A stretch of DNA of 64,000 bases from Camelus dromedarius (lineage: Eukaryota), in NCBI RefSeq assembly GCF_036321535.1, contig NC_087436.1:76138001-76202000 (forward strand), read 5' to 3'. A program made the position numbers and the translations under genes. The notes under the pieces are model-generated. The model ran no database searches. It had not been told where the DNA came from and saw nothing but the letters and a program-made list of their open reading frames with translations. Below are positions 38,601 through 51,393 of the stretch, in pieces (the first letter of the stretch is position 1; every line of letters begins with the position of its first letter).

Positions 38601-41600
38601 GTAAAGGCAGATGAAAATCAGGAATCACTAGGAAGAGGCAGGATTCACATCAATCTCTTAACCTGTCTTCGTCTCATCCTGACAAACATTATTTATCATT
38701 GTACTAGAGGTGTGTGCTTGGCAATAGCCCTGGGAGAGTTTTCACTCATAGAATGCCAACTGACTGAGGCTCTGCCCCCAGGTATTTCTGCAGAATGAAA
38801 TCTTCCATGAGTGCAAGGCTGCCCAGCTATATCCAGATTCTGTATTTAAAGGTGGATGCTTGGAAGACAGCTGGAGAGGCTGTGCTTGACTGGGAGTCTG
38901 GCAAGCCGCTTAGTATCCTGAAGAGGAAATGAAAAGATCCTGTAGCATGTTCTGTGAGAGGTCTGCAGGAAACGGGAAAGATTGCCCTATTTGTTATATT
39001 TATTGGCGATATTATTATTTGTTTTATGCTGTGTGGAAGGAGGGCCAGAGCTATAATCTATTGATCATTTAGTTTTATGAAGTTCTCAAATGGGTGATCT
39101 GGTGTTTTTCTGACAGAGAGGCTATGGTTCCTGAACACCAGTAATAAGATTGTCATGCCATTTTCTTCTCGTTGGTCTTTTTATTGCTTTTTATCTCTTT
39201 GCTGATATTACCTTTCTCCAGCCTCACCTCTCCTCTTGCAACTATCTTTTCTTTTCTTTTCTTTCTTTTTTTTTTTCACTCCTCAGGGCCATGTTTAGGA
39301 CCAGTTTTATTCATTTCATAGAATCTGCCGTGTGTTTCTTAGAGATTACTCATCTTTGCTTTTCATGTTTCATCCTGTGAAACAGTCTGCCCACTGCAGT
39401 CACTTTTGTGAAGTCTTCATAGTAAATGCTGGAATGCAACTTGGGAAGAAATAGGTCAGGGAAGCAGAGACCAAATGTTCATTTCGCAACCACAGTGTGA
39501 GCAGATGGGTAACAGAATGAGGTGGCTGTCTTTGTGGGCCTCAGTTTTCTGTAAACTCTTTCAGGATCTCCTGGGATTCATGCTCCTTCAAGATCTCTGA
39601 GAGTTTGAGCAGATGAACACTGAGGATGCGGTCTTCGTAATACCAGACACCAAACTTATTACCCTCCTTTCTGCTCAATTATCATACAAGGAATAAATTT
39701 GAATAGGAACATTCTTTCTTCCCCCTATCACCTAGGAAAACACTAAAGAACACAAAATCTTCTTGGGAAACACTGCCTAGCAGCTTGGCTCTCAACTGGT
39801 GACAAATGAAGGACATTGCCCCTGGGTGGTCGCCACTGGCCACAACATGGATGCAACACCAACCTGCCTCATGCCAGGCAGTCAACCTGAGGAGGTGGGT
39901 CCAAATCATTCATAGGCTGGCTGTGCCGTTTCTCCCAAGGCACATGGAGTTAAGAAAGAGAAGCTGTTAAAAACAAAATGAAACGAAAACAAAGAGACTT
40001 CCTTTAAGGAACAGGTCGGCTGGCATGCAACGAGAGCAGAAAGACTAGTGAGGGCAGGCAGCCGGTGCCCAGGCTAGTGAAGAGTTAAGCTCTGAATGGC
40101 TGTGGGAGGCTGGTGTTATGGCTGGGGAACAACTGCCTAATGTCTTTTAACCGTCCTGTTTAGCAAAGCTTCATTATGAATGTAATTGTGTGCTTGCGTA
40201 GGCACACCGCACGGAGGGAACACTCACAGTAAAGGTATGATTGTATTGCCTGCTGCCATGCCAATTACTGGATATTAATGGCAGGATGGCATGCATATGC
40301 CGGAGCTGGGAAGCAGAAGGTTAATAGACGAACAGCACCAGAAGAGCCCATTTATCAGTTTCTATTTATCTCTCCTTGGGAGGTGGCAGGTTTACAGTAA
40401 ATACCTTCTGTCCTCCTAATTTTCTAATGATGGGGATAATGATGGAGAATGGTGAAGTCATTAACTGGGACAGGCTCTGTGCATCACTCTGTCAACCGCA
40501 TCTCCCCAAGACCTGCAATGAGAAGTGATGGGCCCCAGCTGTTCACCAGAATCCCCTCCCCCCTCTCCCTCTCCCCTAAACTGCAGGCTTGGGAAAAAGC
40601 TCCCTGAATGAAGAAGACGGAGGCCCTGGGTGGATGGAGAGGCATGAGACAAGGGGAGCAAGGCTCTTCAGACAGAAGTACAGCTTTTCCTGCGACTCTC
40701 CCTTTGCACAGAACTTGGAGGAAGCACTGCTGACACACGCTAGAATGCTTCTCCAGTGATGCCAAAGCTACTATGAATTATGTGTAGAATTGGATAATGA
40801 ATCCATAATTGAAGTGAGTCTGCTGGGGGAGGGCGGAGAAGCAGATTTTGCCAAATGTTCTTCTTTTCAAATACCGGGAGACATTTAAAATACGTAGAAT
40901 TCGTTTCCTCACCTCACTTCTAAATGGACTGGAGATACTGGAGGAAAATCCTTTTTGCGGAGGTGAAATTTTTTTCTGTAAAATTCAGAAGGCAGACTAA
41001 GACAGCCTGGGTTGATTGACTTGGATGTGCTTTTCTCCCCCTGGTAGTGATCATGAGGTGTCTATTTCATCTTACCGCCACACATAGACTCTTTCGACTT
41101 TTGGTTATTGCCTAAATGTAACTTGGATTTGCCTCTAAGCTTTATAGAGCCCTTGAAAACCTATGAACTTATTTTTTATCTTTTTATTTGGGAAGTTCAT
41201 TGGCTCTAGAATTTGCTCTCTATTAAGGCAAGCTGTTATGTTACCTGCATGTGTTAGGATTGTTTTGCTAGCACATAATGAACTACCACCTAAGCCAACA
41301 ATAGCAGAACATGAAAGTGTATCCTAAGGACAAGTAGTTATCTCAGGATCAGGGATACAGTTGGCCCTCAGCAACAGTCTGAGAAAATCCATACAAATAT
41401 TATTGGTTCTCTCTTGCAAGTCTTGCTGCTCTCTACTCACTTAAATCTTTTCTTTTTCTATAAATCTACTCTATTTTCCTCAGAACAGAAGATGGAAAAT
41501 AGAACTGCATGGAGTGTCCAGATTTTGTGTATCTCAGGTGCAGATCTTGAAGACAGACCAAGTCAACCGATCTTTATCTGTCTCTCTCTCTCTCTTCCTG

Positions 41601-41859
41601 CCTTCCATTCCAGGGGTGAAACTCTGCCCCAGTTTCTCCCAATATAGCCAGGGCGTTGGAGTCAGGCATATGAACGTGTGCACCATGAAGACGGAGGGAA
41701 GGAGAGTTAGCAGAGATAAGGAAGTTATGAGCTGCAGAGACAGCCTCGTAGGTGCCCACTGCAGCTAACCGTGACGGAGTCATCTAGTGGTGGGAGGCAG
41801 GGGATGAGCACAGTCCTGTCAGAATTTGTCTCTTGGGAAATTTACTTCAACAACACTGA

Positions 41860-42090
41860 ACAGTGATAAGCATTCTTAGCATCAGACCTGGGTCAGCTCC
41901 CTGTTCTGTTGCTTATTCACTGTGCGGTCACTTCCCACCTCTCCACGGTGCCAGCTCTGTAACAGGGTGCTGGCCCTGCACCTACTGAGTGGGGAGTCAC
42001 GGGGATGGAATGAGATGAAGTCTCTGAAGTGCTCAGTCAGCACCCCACGTAGAGGAAGTTCCCTAAATATGTGGTGCCTGTTATAGTTGT
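41860..42090 (+). mobile_element. MIR SINE
   Basis: 'atcagacctgggtcagctccctgttctgttgctta...gaatgagatgaag'. Confidence 0.55.
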
Positions 42091-42158
42091 CAGTATGAAT
42101 TTTCTAAGTTTGTTACGTTTCTATTCTCCGAAAGAATGCCAGTCATTTATAGCAAACA

Positions 42159-42910
42159 TGTGGTAGACTGTATTTTCAGAAATGACTATAGTAATTTTTC
42201 CAACCTTATGTGCTCTCCCATGTCATGGTCACTCCCAACAAGATGTGTAGTTATTTCTCTTTCTCTTGAAATTGGGTGAGCCTTTGTGACTACTGTGGTG
42301 AACAGAATGCAGCAGATATGATGCTGCGTGATGCCAGATCATGAAATACAGAATGGCTTCCATCAAGGCCAGCAACCCGGGTGTGTGACCTGAGCAGTTG
42401 CACAGGACCCCACACTCAGAAGGCCCCAGAGCTTGGTTTCATGCTCCGTTGTCATTGTCTTAAAATTCTTAGTAATTTTGAACAGGGAGCCCTGCATTTT
42501 TAATTTGCATTTGGCCTCAAAAATTATGTTGCCAGTCCTGCTTTGATATGGCTCTCTCTCTGGGGACACACACCTTGATATCCCTAAACCACGTGCAAGA
42601 AGACCAGCGACGCTGAAGACATCATGCTGGAGGGGCCACGTGGAGATTACCTGGGCTGGAGAGAGTGATTGAGGAGCTCCATCCTCCAGCCTCAGGCTCT
42701 TAGCCCAGGTGGCAGATGAGTGAATGAACAAGTATTCAGGTGATTCCAGACCCAGCCTTTAAGTCACTCAGATGACACTGAGTGGAGCAGAGAGCGGCTG
42801 TCCTGGTCTAACCCTGTTCAGATTGTAGGTCTGTGAGCAAAATAAATACTGTTGTCTTAAGCTGCTAGGTTTTGGGGTGGTTTGTTATATAGCCATAGAT
42901 AATTGGAACC
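42159..42910 (+). mobile_element. MaLR LTR (MLT1F/G/H-like) with a nested MER53
   Basis: Starts 'tgtggtagactgtatttt'; ends 'gtgagcaaaataaa...ttttggggtggtttgttatatagccatagataattggaac'. Confidence 0.85.
42364..42540. mobile_element. MER53-like hAT MITE
   Basis: 'gtgtgacctgagcagttgcacaggaccccacactcagaaggcccc...aattatgttgccagtcctg' matches recalled MER53; degenerate TSD gcttccat/gctttgat. Confidence 0.8.
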
Positions 42911-43249
42911 AAATCATTTCTGAGAAAAACATTGAGAATGGGGTGTCTTAGTTCCCAGAGAGGTACCGATGTGAATGATCAGTTTTTCTAGTTTAGAGCA
43001 TATTAACACATATTAATGTTAATATTACATGAAACATTGTTTTCATTTTCATCTTAAAAAGGTTTCAGGATCTTTTGTATCACAATATTATCGTATTTTC
43101 TGGCATTGGTTTGTATTGTTCTATGAATATGGTGGGTTAATCTAGTAAGTGCAAACAGAGTACTAAAAACTAAATTCACAAATGCTTAGAATCACAGAGA
43201 AATAAATACAGTACAAATAATACGAAGCATAGCTATCGTTTTCCAGCTT

Positions 43250-43530
43250 CATTCAAGTCTCTGAGTGTTTACTGTGTGTTGGGTCCTGCACCCGGTGCTG
43301 GAGGTCCAAAGGTAAATGTGACAAATGTATCACCTGTGGTTGCAGAAGTTACAGTCAGGTGCGGCCGAGGAACTGAGAGTAAACAAAAATACACGTTAGT
43401 GAACTTATAATCATAAACAATATTATGTGCTGTGAAAAGAAAAGAAATCCGTGAGGAGCCAACTGAGAGAGAACATTCGGGAAAGGCCTCTTGGAGGAGA
43501 CACATGTCAGCTAAGACATGACAGTACAGC
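43250..43530 (-). mobile_element. L2 3' end
   Basis: 'ctgagtgtttactgtgtgttgggtcctg...gggaaaggcctcttggaggag'. Confidence 0.7.
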
Positions 43531-44842
43531 ATTCACTGAAATCCCAGCTATGTAACATCCTTTTGGAGTTGGTTCATTCGTCCAGTCAATAAATACTTGT
43601 TATATTCCATTATGTGGCATTATGTAAGACTTGGCACTGGAAATAGTCTCTGCACTGTGGTATGTAAATATCTAGATATTTACAACCTCGTATCTAGACT
43701 GTAGATAAAATATGAGCATGTAGACAAGCAGTAATTTTATAGTTATCATACAGTAAAGTCTGTGAAGGGAGAGGTACAGGTATGAAGCATCTGAATTTTG
43801 CATGAAAACAAGAATTATTTTAATGTAAACATAGTGCCATTATTGGATAAGGTAACATAGATCTCATACTTTTGGTGAAAATGTGACTATCCATTCATGG
43901 ATTATTTACTTTGTGGTTTAGCCATGATCATTGTTTAATCTTAGATTGCCTCTCTCCTCCTGGTTCTGGGATGTGTATTTAGGAATACTTAGCAAATGAT
44001 GATTAAAAGGACAAATCTACTATAAAATGCTATTAGCCAAAATGAATTACAGAAAGGTACATAAATAACATTTGGTTGATCTGCTGCTTGGAGAGTCTAT
44101 GTGGAACTAGCACAAAGTCTAGTTAGTATGCATTCATTATTTGCTTCCTTATTTATTTGAATTATTTTTCCTTTATGGGTATAGAAAATTGGTTCAGAAA
44201 CAAGACACTGAGAAGAATGCGAACACTACAAAAGTTAGAAAGTGATAAAATTGGCAGAAAAAAGTAAAATCAAGAGCTTGGAAGTTTTGCCTTGAGTTTA
44301 AATTCCTTTATTCTGAGTGCTAATCTGTGGTTTTATCATCTGAACATTTAGAAAGTACTGTTTTTCATGACTTTATGACTTCCCTGTAGAATGTAAAATG
44401 AAATAAATTAGTGGGAAAATGCTATCTCTTAATAATACAAATTTCTCTGACAAGACCCATTGTCTGACATCGGAAAAGTTTCCTTGAATCACTCCTGAAA
44501 CTACATTTTTAAAAAAATTATAAGACCCCTCATTGTGTTGCAAAATTACGTGTTAACTTATTTTAGCAAAAAACAAAAGTAGTTTTATTTTAGAATACAT
44601 TTGGCAGTTTAATTACATACTTTAAACAGTTTCCTACAAAGTCTGAGTAGCTACTTATTTTGTGGATTTGTTTTCCAAGTGTGTGTTTGTCCACACAGAT
44701 GAGCTCTCTCTTAAACACATGACTAAAAACAACACTGAAAGCTCATTTCAATAATGTTTCCTTGACAGCTTCTCCTTCATCTACACAAGAGATTCTCAAC
44801 TCTGATGGGGACAAAAGTTATTAGAATTACCTGTGGTAGCTT

Positions 44843-46127
44843 TTTTTTTTTTAATTTATTTTTACTTATTTATTTTTTATTGAAGTGTAATTAGTTTACA
44901 GTGTTGTGTCAATTTCTGGCTTACAGCATAAAGTTTTAGTCATACATATACATGCATATATTTGTTCTCATATTATTTTTCATTATAGGTTATTGCAAAA
45001 TATTGACTATAGTTCCCTGTGCTATACAGTATAAACTTATTATTTATCCATTTTATGTGTAGTAGTTCGTATCTGTAAATCTCAAACTCTCAATTTATCC
45101 TTTCCCATCCCCTTCCCACCACTACCCACTGCCCTGACCCATAACCATAAGTTTGTTTTCTATGTCTGTGGGTTTGTTTCTGTTTTGTAAGTAAGTTCGT
45201 TTCTTTCTTTCCTTTTTTTTTTTTTTTTCAGATTCCACAGATAAGTGATATCATATGGCAATTTTCTTTCTCTTTCTGGCTTACCTCACTTAGAATGACG
45301 ATCCCCAGGTCCATCCTTGTTGCAGCAAATGACATTATTTTATTCTATTTTGTGGCTGAGTAGTATTCCATTGTATAAATATAAAACATCTTCTTTATCC
45401 AGTCATCTATCAATGGGCGTTTAGGTTGTTTCCATGTCTTGGCTATTGTAAATAGTGCTGTTATGAACACTGGGGTGCATGTATCTTTTCAAATTAGAGT
45501 TCCCTCTGGATATATGCCCAGGAGTGGGATTACTGGATCATATGATAAGTCTGGTTTTAGTCTTTTGAGGAATCTCCATACTGTTTTCCATAATGGCTGC
45601 ACCAAACTACATTCCCACCAACAGTATAAGAGGGTTCCTTTTTCTCCACGCCCTCTCCAGATTTATCATTTGTGGACTTTTGAATGATGGCCATTCTGGC
45701 TAGTGTTAGATAATTCCTCATTGTAGTTTTGATTTGCATTTTTATGATAAATTAGTAATATTGAATATTTTTTCATATGTCTATTGGCCATTCATATATC
45801 TCCTGGAAAAACACACAGGCAAAACATTATCTGACATAAATCTTAGCAATGTTCTCCTGGGGCAGTCTACCCTAGTGATGGAAATAAAAGGACAAATAAA
45901 CAAGTGGGAACTAATTAAACTTACAAGCTTTTTCACAGCAAAGGAAACTAAAAACAAAAAGACAACCTAGAGAATGGGGAAAATATTTGCAAATGATGCA
46001 ACTGACAAGGGCTTAAGCTCCAGCATAAACAAACAGCTCATACAACTTAATAACAGAAAAACAAACAATCCAATCCAAAAATAAGCAGAAGGCCTAAACA
46101 AGCAGTTCTCCAATGAAGACGTACAAA
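44843..46127 (-). mobile_element. Young L1 with 5' inversion (antisense to about 45795, sense from about 45796)
   Basis: Poly-T and antisense 3' UTR, then switch to sense ORF2 'ctcctggaaaaacacacaggcaaaac'; TSD tgtggtagctt (44832-44842) / tgtggcagctt (46128-46138). Confidence 0.92.
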
Positions 46128-46499
46128 TGTGGCAGCTTCTTCCAGCTATGCGTGTCCATATGCATGATTTAGAAGCACTGGTATTCACTAGTGAAGAATG
46201 ACTCCTGGGCTCTCCTAGCCCCGCTAAAGACCTTTCATTTAACTTCAGGATGAAAGATTAGAAATGTCTGTATGTGGCTACTTCTTAGATACTCCTAAAT
46301 AGTGGGAAGGGGTATGAGTTCTGTATTGAACTGCCTGCCTGGGCTCCAAACTCAGGTTATCATTTATTAGCATTATAATCCTAGTTAAGTGTTGAAGGGG
46401 TTGCTGTGATGGACCACACAGATCATCCTTTGGATGAATAACTGCTTCCCCCAGAAGAGTTACTGGCAGGCAGCTTTCAGAAATAAAAAGGCTCAAAGA

Positions 46500-47220
46500 A
46501 CTGAGCATGCTAGTGTAGATGTCTTATGTGAGACTGGACACCCAGCAGAAGACTATGTCCTATGGGAGAGACTAATGATATAGTAATGAGAAGGGTACCA
46601 GCATCAGTAGTGGCTGTGCTCTGAGCACAGGGCTGAAAGAAGGAAATGCCCTTGTGAACTGCACCCTCTGAGAGTAATGGGCATAATAGGACTCCAGAAT
46701 AACAGAGGGCAGATAGTAGGGCATAATCATCAGAACTTGAACGGATGTAACTATTGTAATGGATGGCAAGGTTAAAGGACCTGAAGGCTGCCCACTAACT
46801 TAACCCAGGAGGTGGGACAAGTCCTCCTTTGAAGGGGATCTAAGAGCTATCTCCATGTTCACCACAGTGTCCATAAAGGTGGAAGAAATGGGAAAATAAC
46901 AAGGGCACTACTTAATTTATATAATCAGAAGACATGAGGAATGCATGACCAAGAGGCTGAGAGCAGTTACCCCATAAAAAATGTGTGATCCCCTGTCCAG
47001 AGTCTAGACCTGAGCCTGATTACAGACCCAGAATGCATTGACTGAAGGAGATGCTGTATCCCCGGGGTGAAGCGTGATGATTCCTGCAGCCCTTCTCGAA
47101 AGAGACCCCTGGCAATTTACTTGAGTAACTGTATGCTGGGTAAATGGGAGTGTCCAGACATCTTAAGTGCTGTTGCTCACAGGGTTTGAGATGATCTTGA
47201 TACCTGCATACCAGAAGCAT
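46500..47220 (+). mobile_element. ERVL internal (gag-pro region) remnant
   Basis: 'gagaagggtaccagcatcagtagtggctgtgctctg', 'tctagacctgagcc...acagacccagaa', 'tttacttgagtaactgtatgctggg' resemble ERVL-int; no intact ORF. Confidence 0.65.
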
Positions 47221-47289
47221 CTTTGTAAGCCAACTGTTAGACTGAAGGCAACTTTCATGAGCCAAAAACTAGATGGCAGAGGAGTGACA

Positions 47290-47535
47290 TGATAGGATAC
47301 AGCCAGTCATCTTGAGACCAGACCCTTGGGATATAGACTGGAGGCAAGGCAAGGAGGGTATGGTAGTAATCCAGGTAAGGGATTACCATGGCTTGAGCCA
47401 TGATGGCCATTGTGGCGGTGGTGAGATGTGGTCAGACTCTCTTCGTGTGGAGGGTATACCCATTGGAATTTGCTGACAGACTGGGTGTGGGGCAGAGACA
47501 AAGAGGAATCAAATATGATTCCCAAGTTTTCCCCA
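47290..47535 (-). mobile_element. L2 fragment
   Basis: 'ggaatttgctgacagactgggtgtggggcagagacaaagaggaatcaaatatgattcccaagtttt'. Confidence 0.7.
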
Positions 47536-47822
47536 TTCGGCCTTCAGTTTGCTCTGTACTGATTCAGAAAATTCCAGTACGATTTATTAAACATCTAATA
47601 CTATGGTGAAGTGGTAATAGAAGTCTTTCTGAAGCATAGTTTTTAAGAGCTTTTACAAATTGGGAGGTTGAAAGTAATATTTTCACCTTTCATGGGGAGA
47701 GTCTTGATAAGTGCCCTTTACCCCAAGTGCCAAGGTTGGGACATTAATGGTATTCCTTCAGACCAAATAAATCTCTAAGCATTGATGAATCCAAGCCTAT
47801 GAGCTAATGCAAGCACAGTAAC

Positions 47823-48291
47823 TGTGATGGTGGATTTTATGTGTAAACTTGACTTGATTAAGGGATGCCCAGATAGCTGGTAAAAATAACATTATTTTAG
47901 GGTGGGTCTGTGAGGGTGTTTCCAGAAGAGATTAGCATTTTAATTGGTAGACTGAGCAAAGATCATCCTCACCAATGTGGTTGGTTATAATCTATTCCAC
48001 TAAGGGCCTGAATAGAACAAAAAGGCAGAGAAAGGGCTCATTTGCTCTTTTTGCTTGAGCTGGGACATCACCTTCCCCTGCCCTCGGACATGAGTGATCT
48101 GGTTCTCAGGGCTTTGGACTCTGAATTGCACCTCTGACTTTCCTCATTCCCTGGCTTACAGATTGTGAGCCGTTTTAATCTCTATAGTCCTGTAATAAAT
48201 CTCTCTCTCTCTCTCTCTCATCTCTCTCTGTCTCTCTATCCATCCAGCCATCCTATGAGTTCTGTTTCTCTGGAGAACCCTGACCACTACA
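47823..48291 (+). mobile_element. ERVL LTR (MLT2B-like)
   Basis: 'tgtgatggtggattttatgtgtaaacttgac...gggatgcccagatagctggtaaa', internal (CT)n, ends 'ctggagaaccctgaccactaca'. Confidence 0.9.
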
Positions 48292-50975
48292 AACATCAAC
48301 TTCATTACCACTAAGTTTTTACTGGGAAGTGGTATTCTGTTATTTAGGAAGGATATTTTAAAGTACATACAAAACCAAACCAAAGAACCATGCTACTTCA
48401 CTCTTGATTCCAGAGACTGAAAACCATAAATCAGAAGGATTTGGGCAATTTCATAATATAGAGAAACAGAGTAGCACAAGCTTAGCTTTATTTATGTTGA
48501 CTTGGAATGATAAGAACTGTGTTATTTATATGATCTAGTGGGATTTTTGCCAGGCCTTGATGCTTCAGCTGGCCCTGGAGCTAGAAAGAGCTATTGAAGT
48601 TTAGGAAGTTGGAAATGACAATGATGCCCTTATTCTGGGGCCACGGCACTTACAGGAGATAGAGGAGACCCCAGACGTGCAGGGGGAGGAAGACCCCCCC
48701 CATCCCCTGACCTGTCAGGCCAGTCCTGGGCATTCCTATTGCCCACCTCTTGCCTTCTCTGACTCCTTCTCAGCATTTAGTCAGGTGCCCCAAAATTGTG
48801 TGAAGAACAAATTCTTTAAATATTGAGGGACTCTCTAGTGATCACAGTAGGTTAGATAGAATATGATTTTGAGATAAAATCACCAGGTTTTAAAGGAAAG
48901 TTAGTTGAAATCTTTTCAGAGAACATGAAGAATTGGGGGCAATTTATTTGAGAATTAGACACTGAAACTATATATGGATATCTGCTTACTGGTTCCTTAA
49001 ATGCAACACATTCCTGATGCCAAGGTGTCTGTTGCAAGGGTGACATGAGACAAGGTGGAAGAACAGTTTCCTGATGCTGTTCATTCATACACTCTCCAGG
49101 TCTCCATATCTTTGAGAGCCCATGTAAGAATCCTATGGTGTGGATCACAGGGAACAATTTAAAGTCCCACGTAGAGAGTATGAAGGTTGGTCCCTGCTGT
49201 GGTTCCTTTTCCTTGAAACTTCCCAGCCAATGCTACTTAAAGACCAGAGGAAGGAATGCAAATGTTTGTATTTAAAAGCTCCAGACTGCTTTAGGAGCAA
49301 AATTACCATGATGGAGTTACAACTGGATGCATCAAATCATTTAGCTGTTGCCTTCTTACTTTGAAGCATCAAATATGACATAAATCAAGATGTATATTAA
49401 CAAAGATGGTATAAAACATCTGTGGATTCTAAATAAGGGAGAAATCACAGTAGTCACCATGCAAACAATGTGTGTGTGATAATTTCCAGAAAAGCAGAAG
49501 GTAGCCAAGAACTCAAACAAACAAAAGAGCTGAAGCAGATCTTTTATCTCAATGCAAATAAAGTAGAAAAGGAACTGTCTGTGTCTCTTTCTTTCCCCTC
49601 CCAAGCACATAAGGAATATTTAAACAAATAGAATAACTCAATTTCTTTAAGACAGTAAATTCTCCTTGAAAGGAAGGGAAAATAATTTCCTGTTAAAGCA
49701 CATAATTACTGGCAAGTGACCCTCTGGATGTTAAGGCATCGTACACTGCCCACTAGGATTTGCTGGAACAGTTTGCTGCTTAATTCTGAACACAAATTCT
49801 GCCTCTAAAATTGTTGACCATGGTCAGTTTTGAAGAAAGGTGAACCCTGAATACATCATAACAAAAATGCATGGGCATTCTTATCTCATTCTTATAGTCA
49901 TTGTACATACTTTTTGGCATCAAATAACTCCGTACCCGATTACATAATGTTCTCAACTGATAATTCTTCTGGCAGCAAAAAAGAATCAAAGATGGTTGAC
50001 TGTGTGCATCAAGAGGCATTAAGAGAAATTCCCAGGCTATCATCCCTTTCCTTTTCCGTGGATAGTGACACTTGACAGTAATCACGGAGCCTTAGATGTG
50101 GAGAGTTGTGGGGTAAGAGGCAGGTCTCCTTTCTCCTTTGTCCTTAAAATCATAAAACTTCTTATTTCAACAACCATTGTACCTGAAGTTAGCAGTTTGT
50201 TTCATCTGTAATTTGTGCTGTATAACAATGAAAATGATGTTTTCATTATTCGTGGTGTATCAGTCTGTTCCTTTCCTTGCCCCCATTAACAATAAAAACC
50301 CACGCAGTTTTCAGCCATTATCATTTTTCTCTGGATAAACCATCTGTGACATGGAGACCTTGAAGCTGGGAGTTCTGGCCACAATGCTCAATAGACTGTG
50401 CATGCAGCTTTTTCAGAGGTAACTGCTGTAAAAAATCAGCTCCACTGTTATTCCTCTCAGTTATGATTTTTCTCTCTCTCCTTTTTATATACCTATTGTA
50501 ATGTAAGTTCACATGAATTCAGCCAACGGCACTTTGCCTGACAATAGAAACTACATCTAAGGCTCTTACTGGGTGCTAGAGTTGTCCTTTCCCTTAATTC
50601 CAGCTGCTTTTGCTGCTATGTTTAATTGAGGAGCTAGGAGGGAAATGTTCCCACTACAGAGCTGCTTTGTGCATCCTTTATAGAGTCTTCCCTTACAGGG
50701 TTCAAGAGTCGTCTGCCTTTTGGATAGATTAGGTCCACATGAACTGATTTTGCCACAGGTAAAATGAAAATGAATCGGATGACAATGTCATATGCCCACC
50801 AACTGGTTTCATGAATAAATAAGTTCACATAGCTCTCCAGAGCTTCCTGGTTTTGACCTCAAGTCTTTGCGAAGCTGAAATGATGTTAAATGGTAATTTG
50901 GAAATAATGTCTAAAAATCAGTTATAAAAGGAGAGCCAAAATAGATGTTAATGCATCACTTTTTGTGTTTGTGCA

Positions 50976-51393
50976 TGTATTTATCGAGGTTATATGGAGA
51001 AACAGAACCAATGGGATGTGTGATTTTATATATAGAGAGATTTATTTTAAGAAATCGGCACATGTGATTCTGGAGGCTTGGTGAGTCCTAAATCTGATGG
51101 GGGAGGCAGGCAGGCTAGAGACTCAGGAAAGAGTTAAAGTTTGAGTCCAAAGACAATCTGCTGGCCGAATTCCGTCCTTCCAGGGAGAGGTCAGTCTTTG
51201 TTCTATTAAGGCCTTCAACTGTTTGCATGTGGCCCACTCACACAATGGAGAGTAATCTACTTGACTCAAAATCTACCATTTTAAATGTTCGTCTCACCCA
51301 AAAACACCTTCACAGAAATATCTAGAATAATGTTTGACCAAATATCTTGGTACTGTGGCCCAGTTAAGTTGACACATAAAATTGATCATCATA
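50976..51393 (-). mobile_element. ERVL LTR (MLT2C/D-like)
   Basis: Homologous to 34282-34709; perfect 5-bp TSD gtgca (50971-50975 and 51394-51398). Confidence 0.92.

Noticed and set aside
34282..51393. Two same-orientation MLT2 LTRs as the ends of one 17-kb provirus
   Set aside because: The 50976 copy has its own perfect 5-bp TSD, the copies are diverged, and the ERVL-int fragment between them is on the opposite strand.
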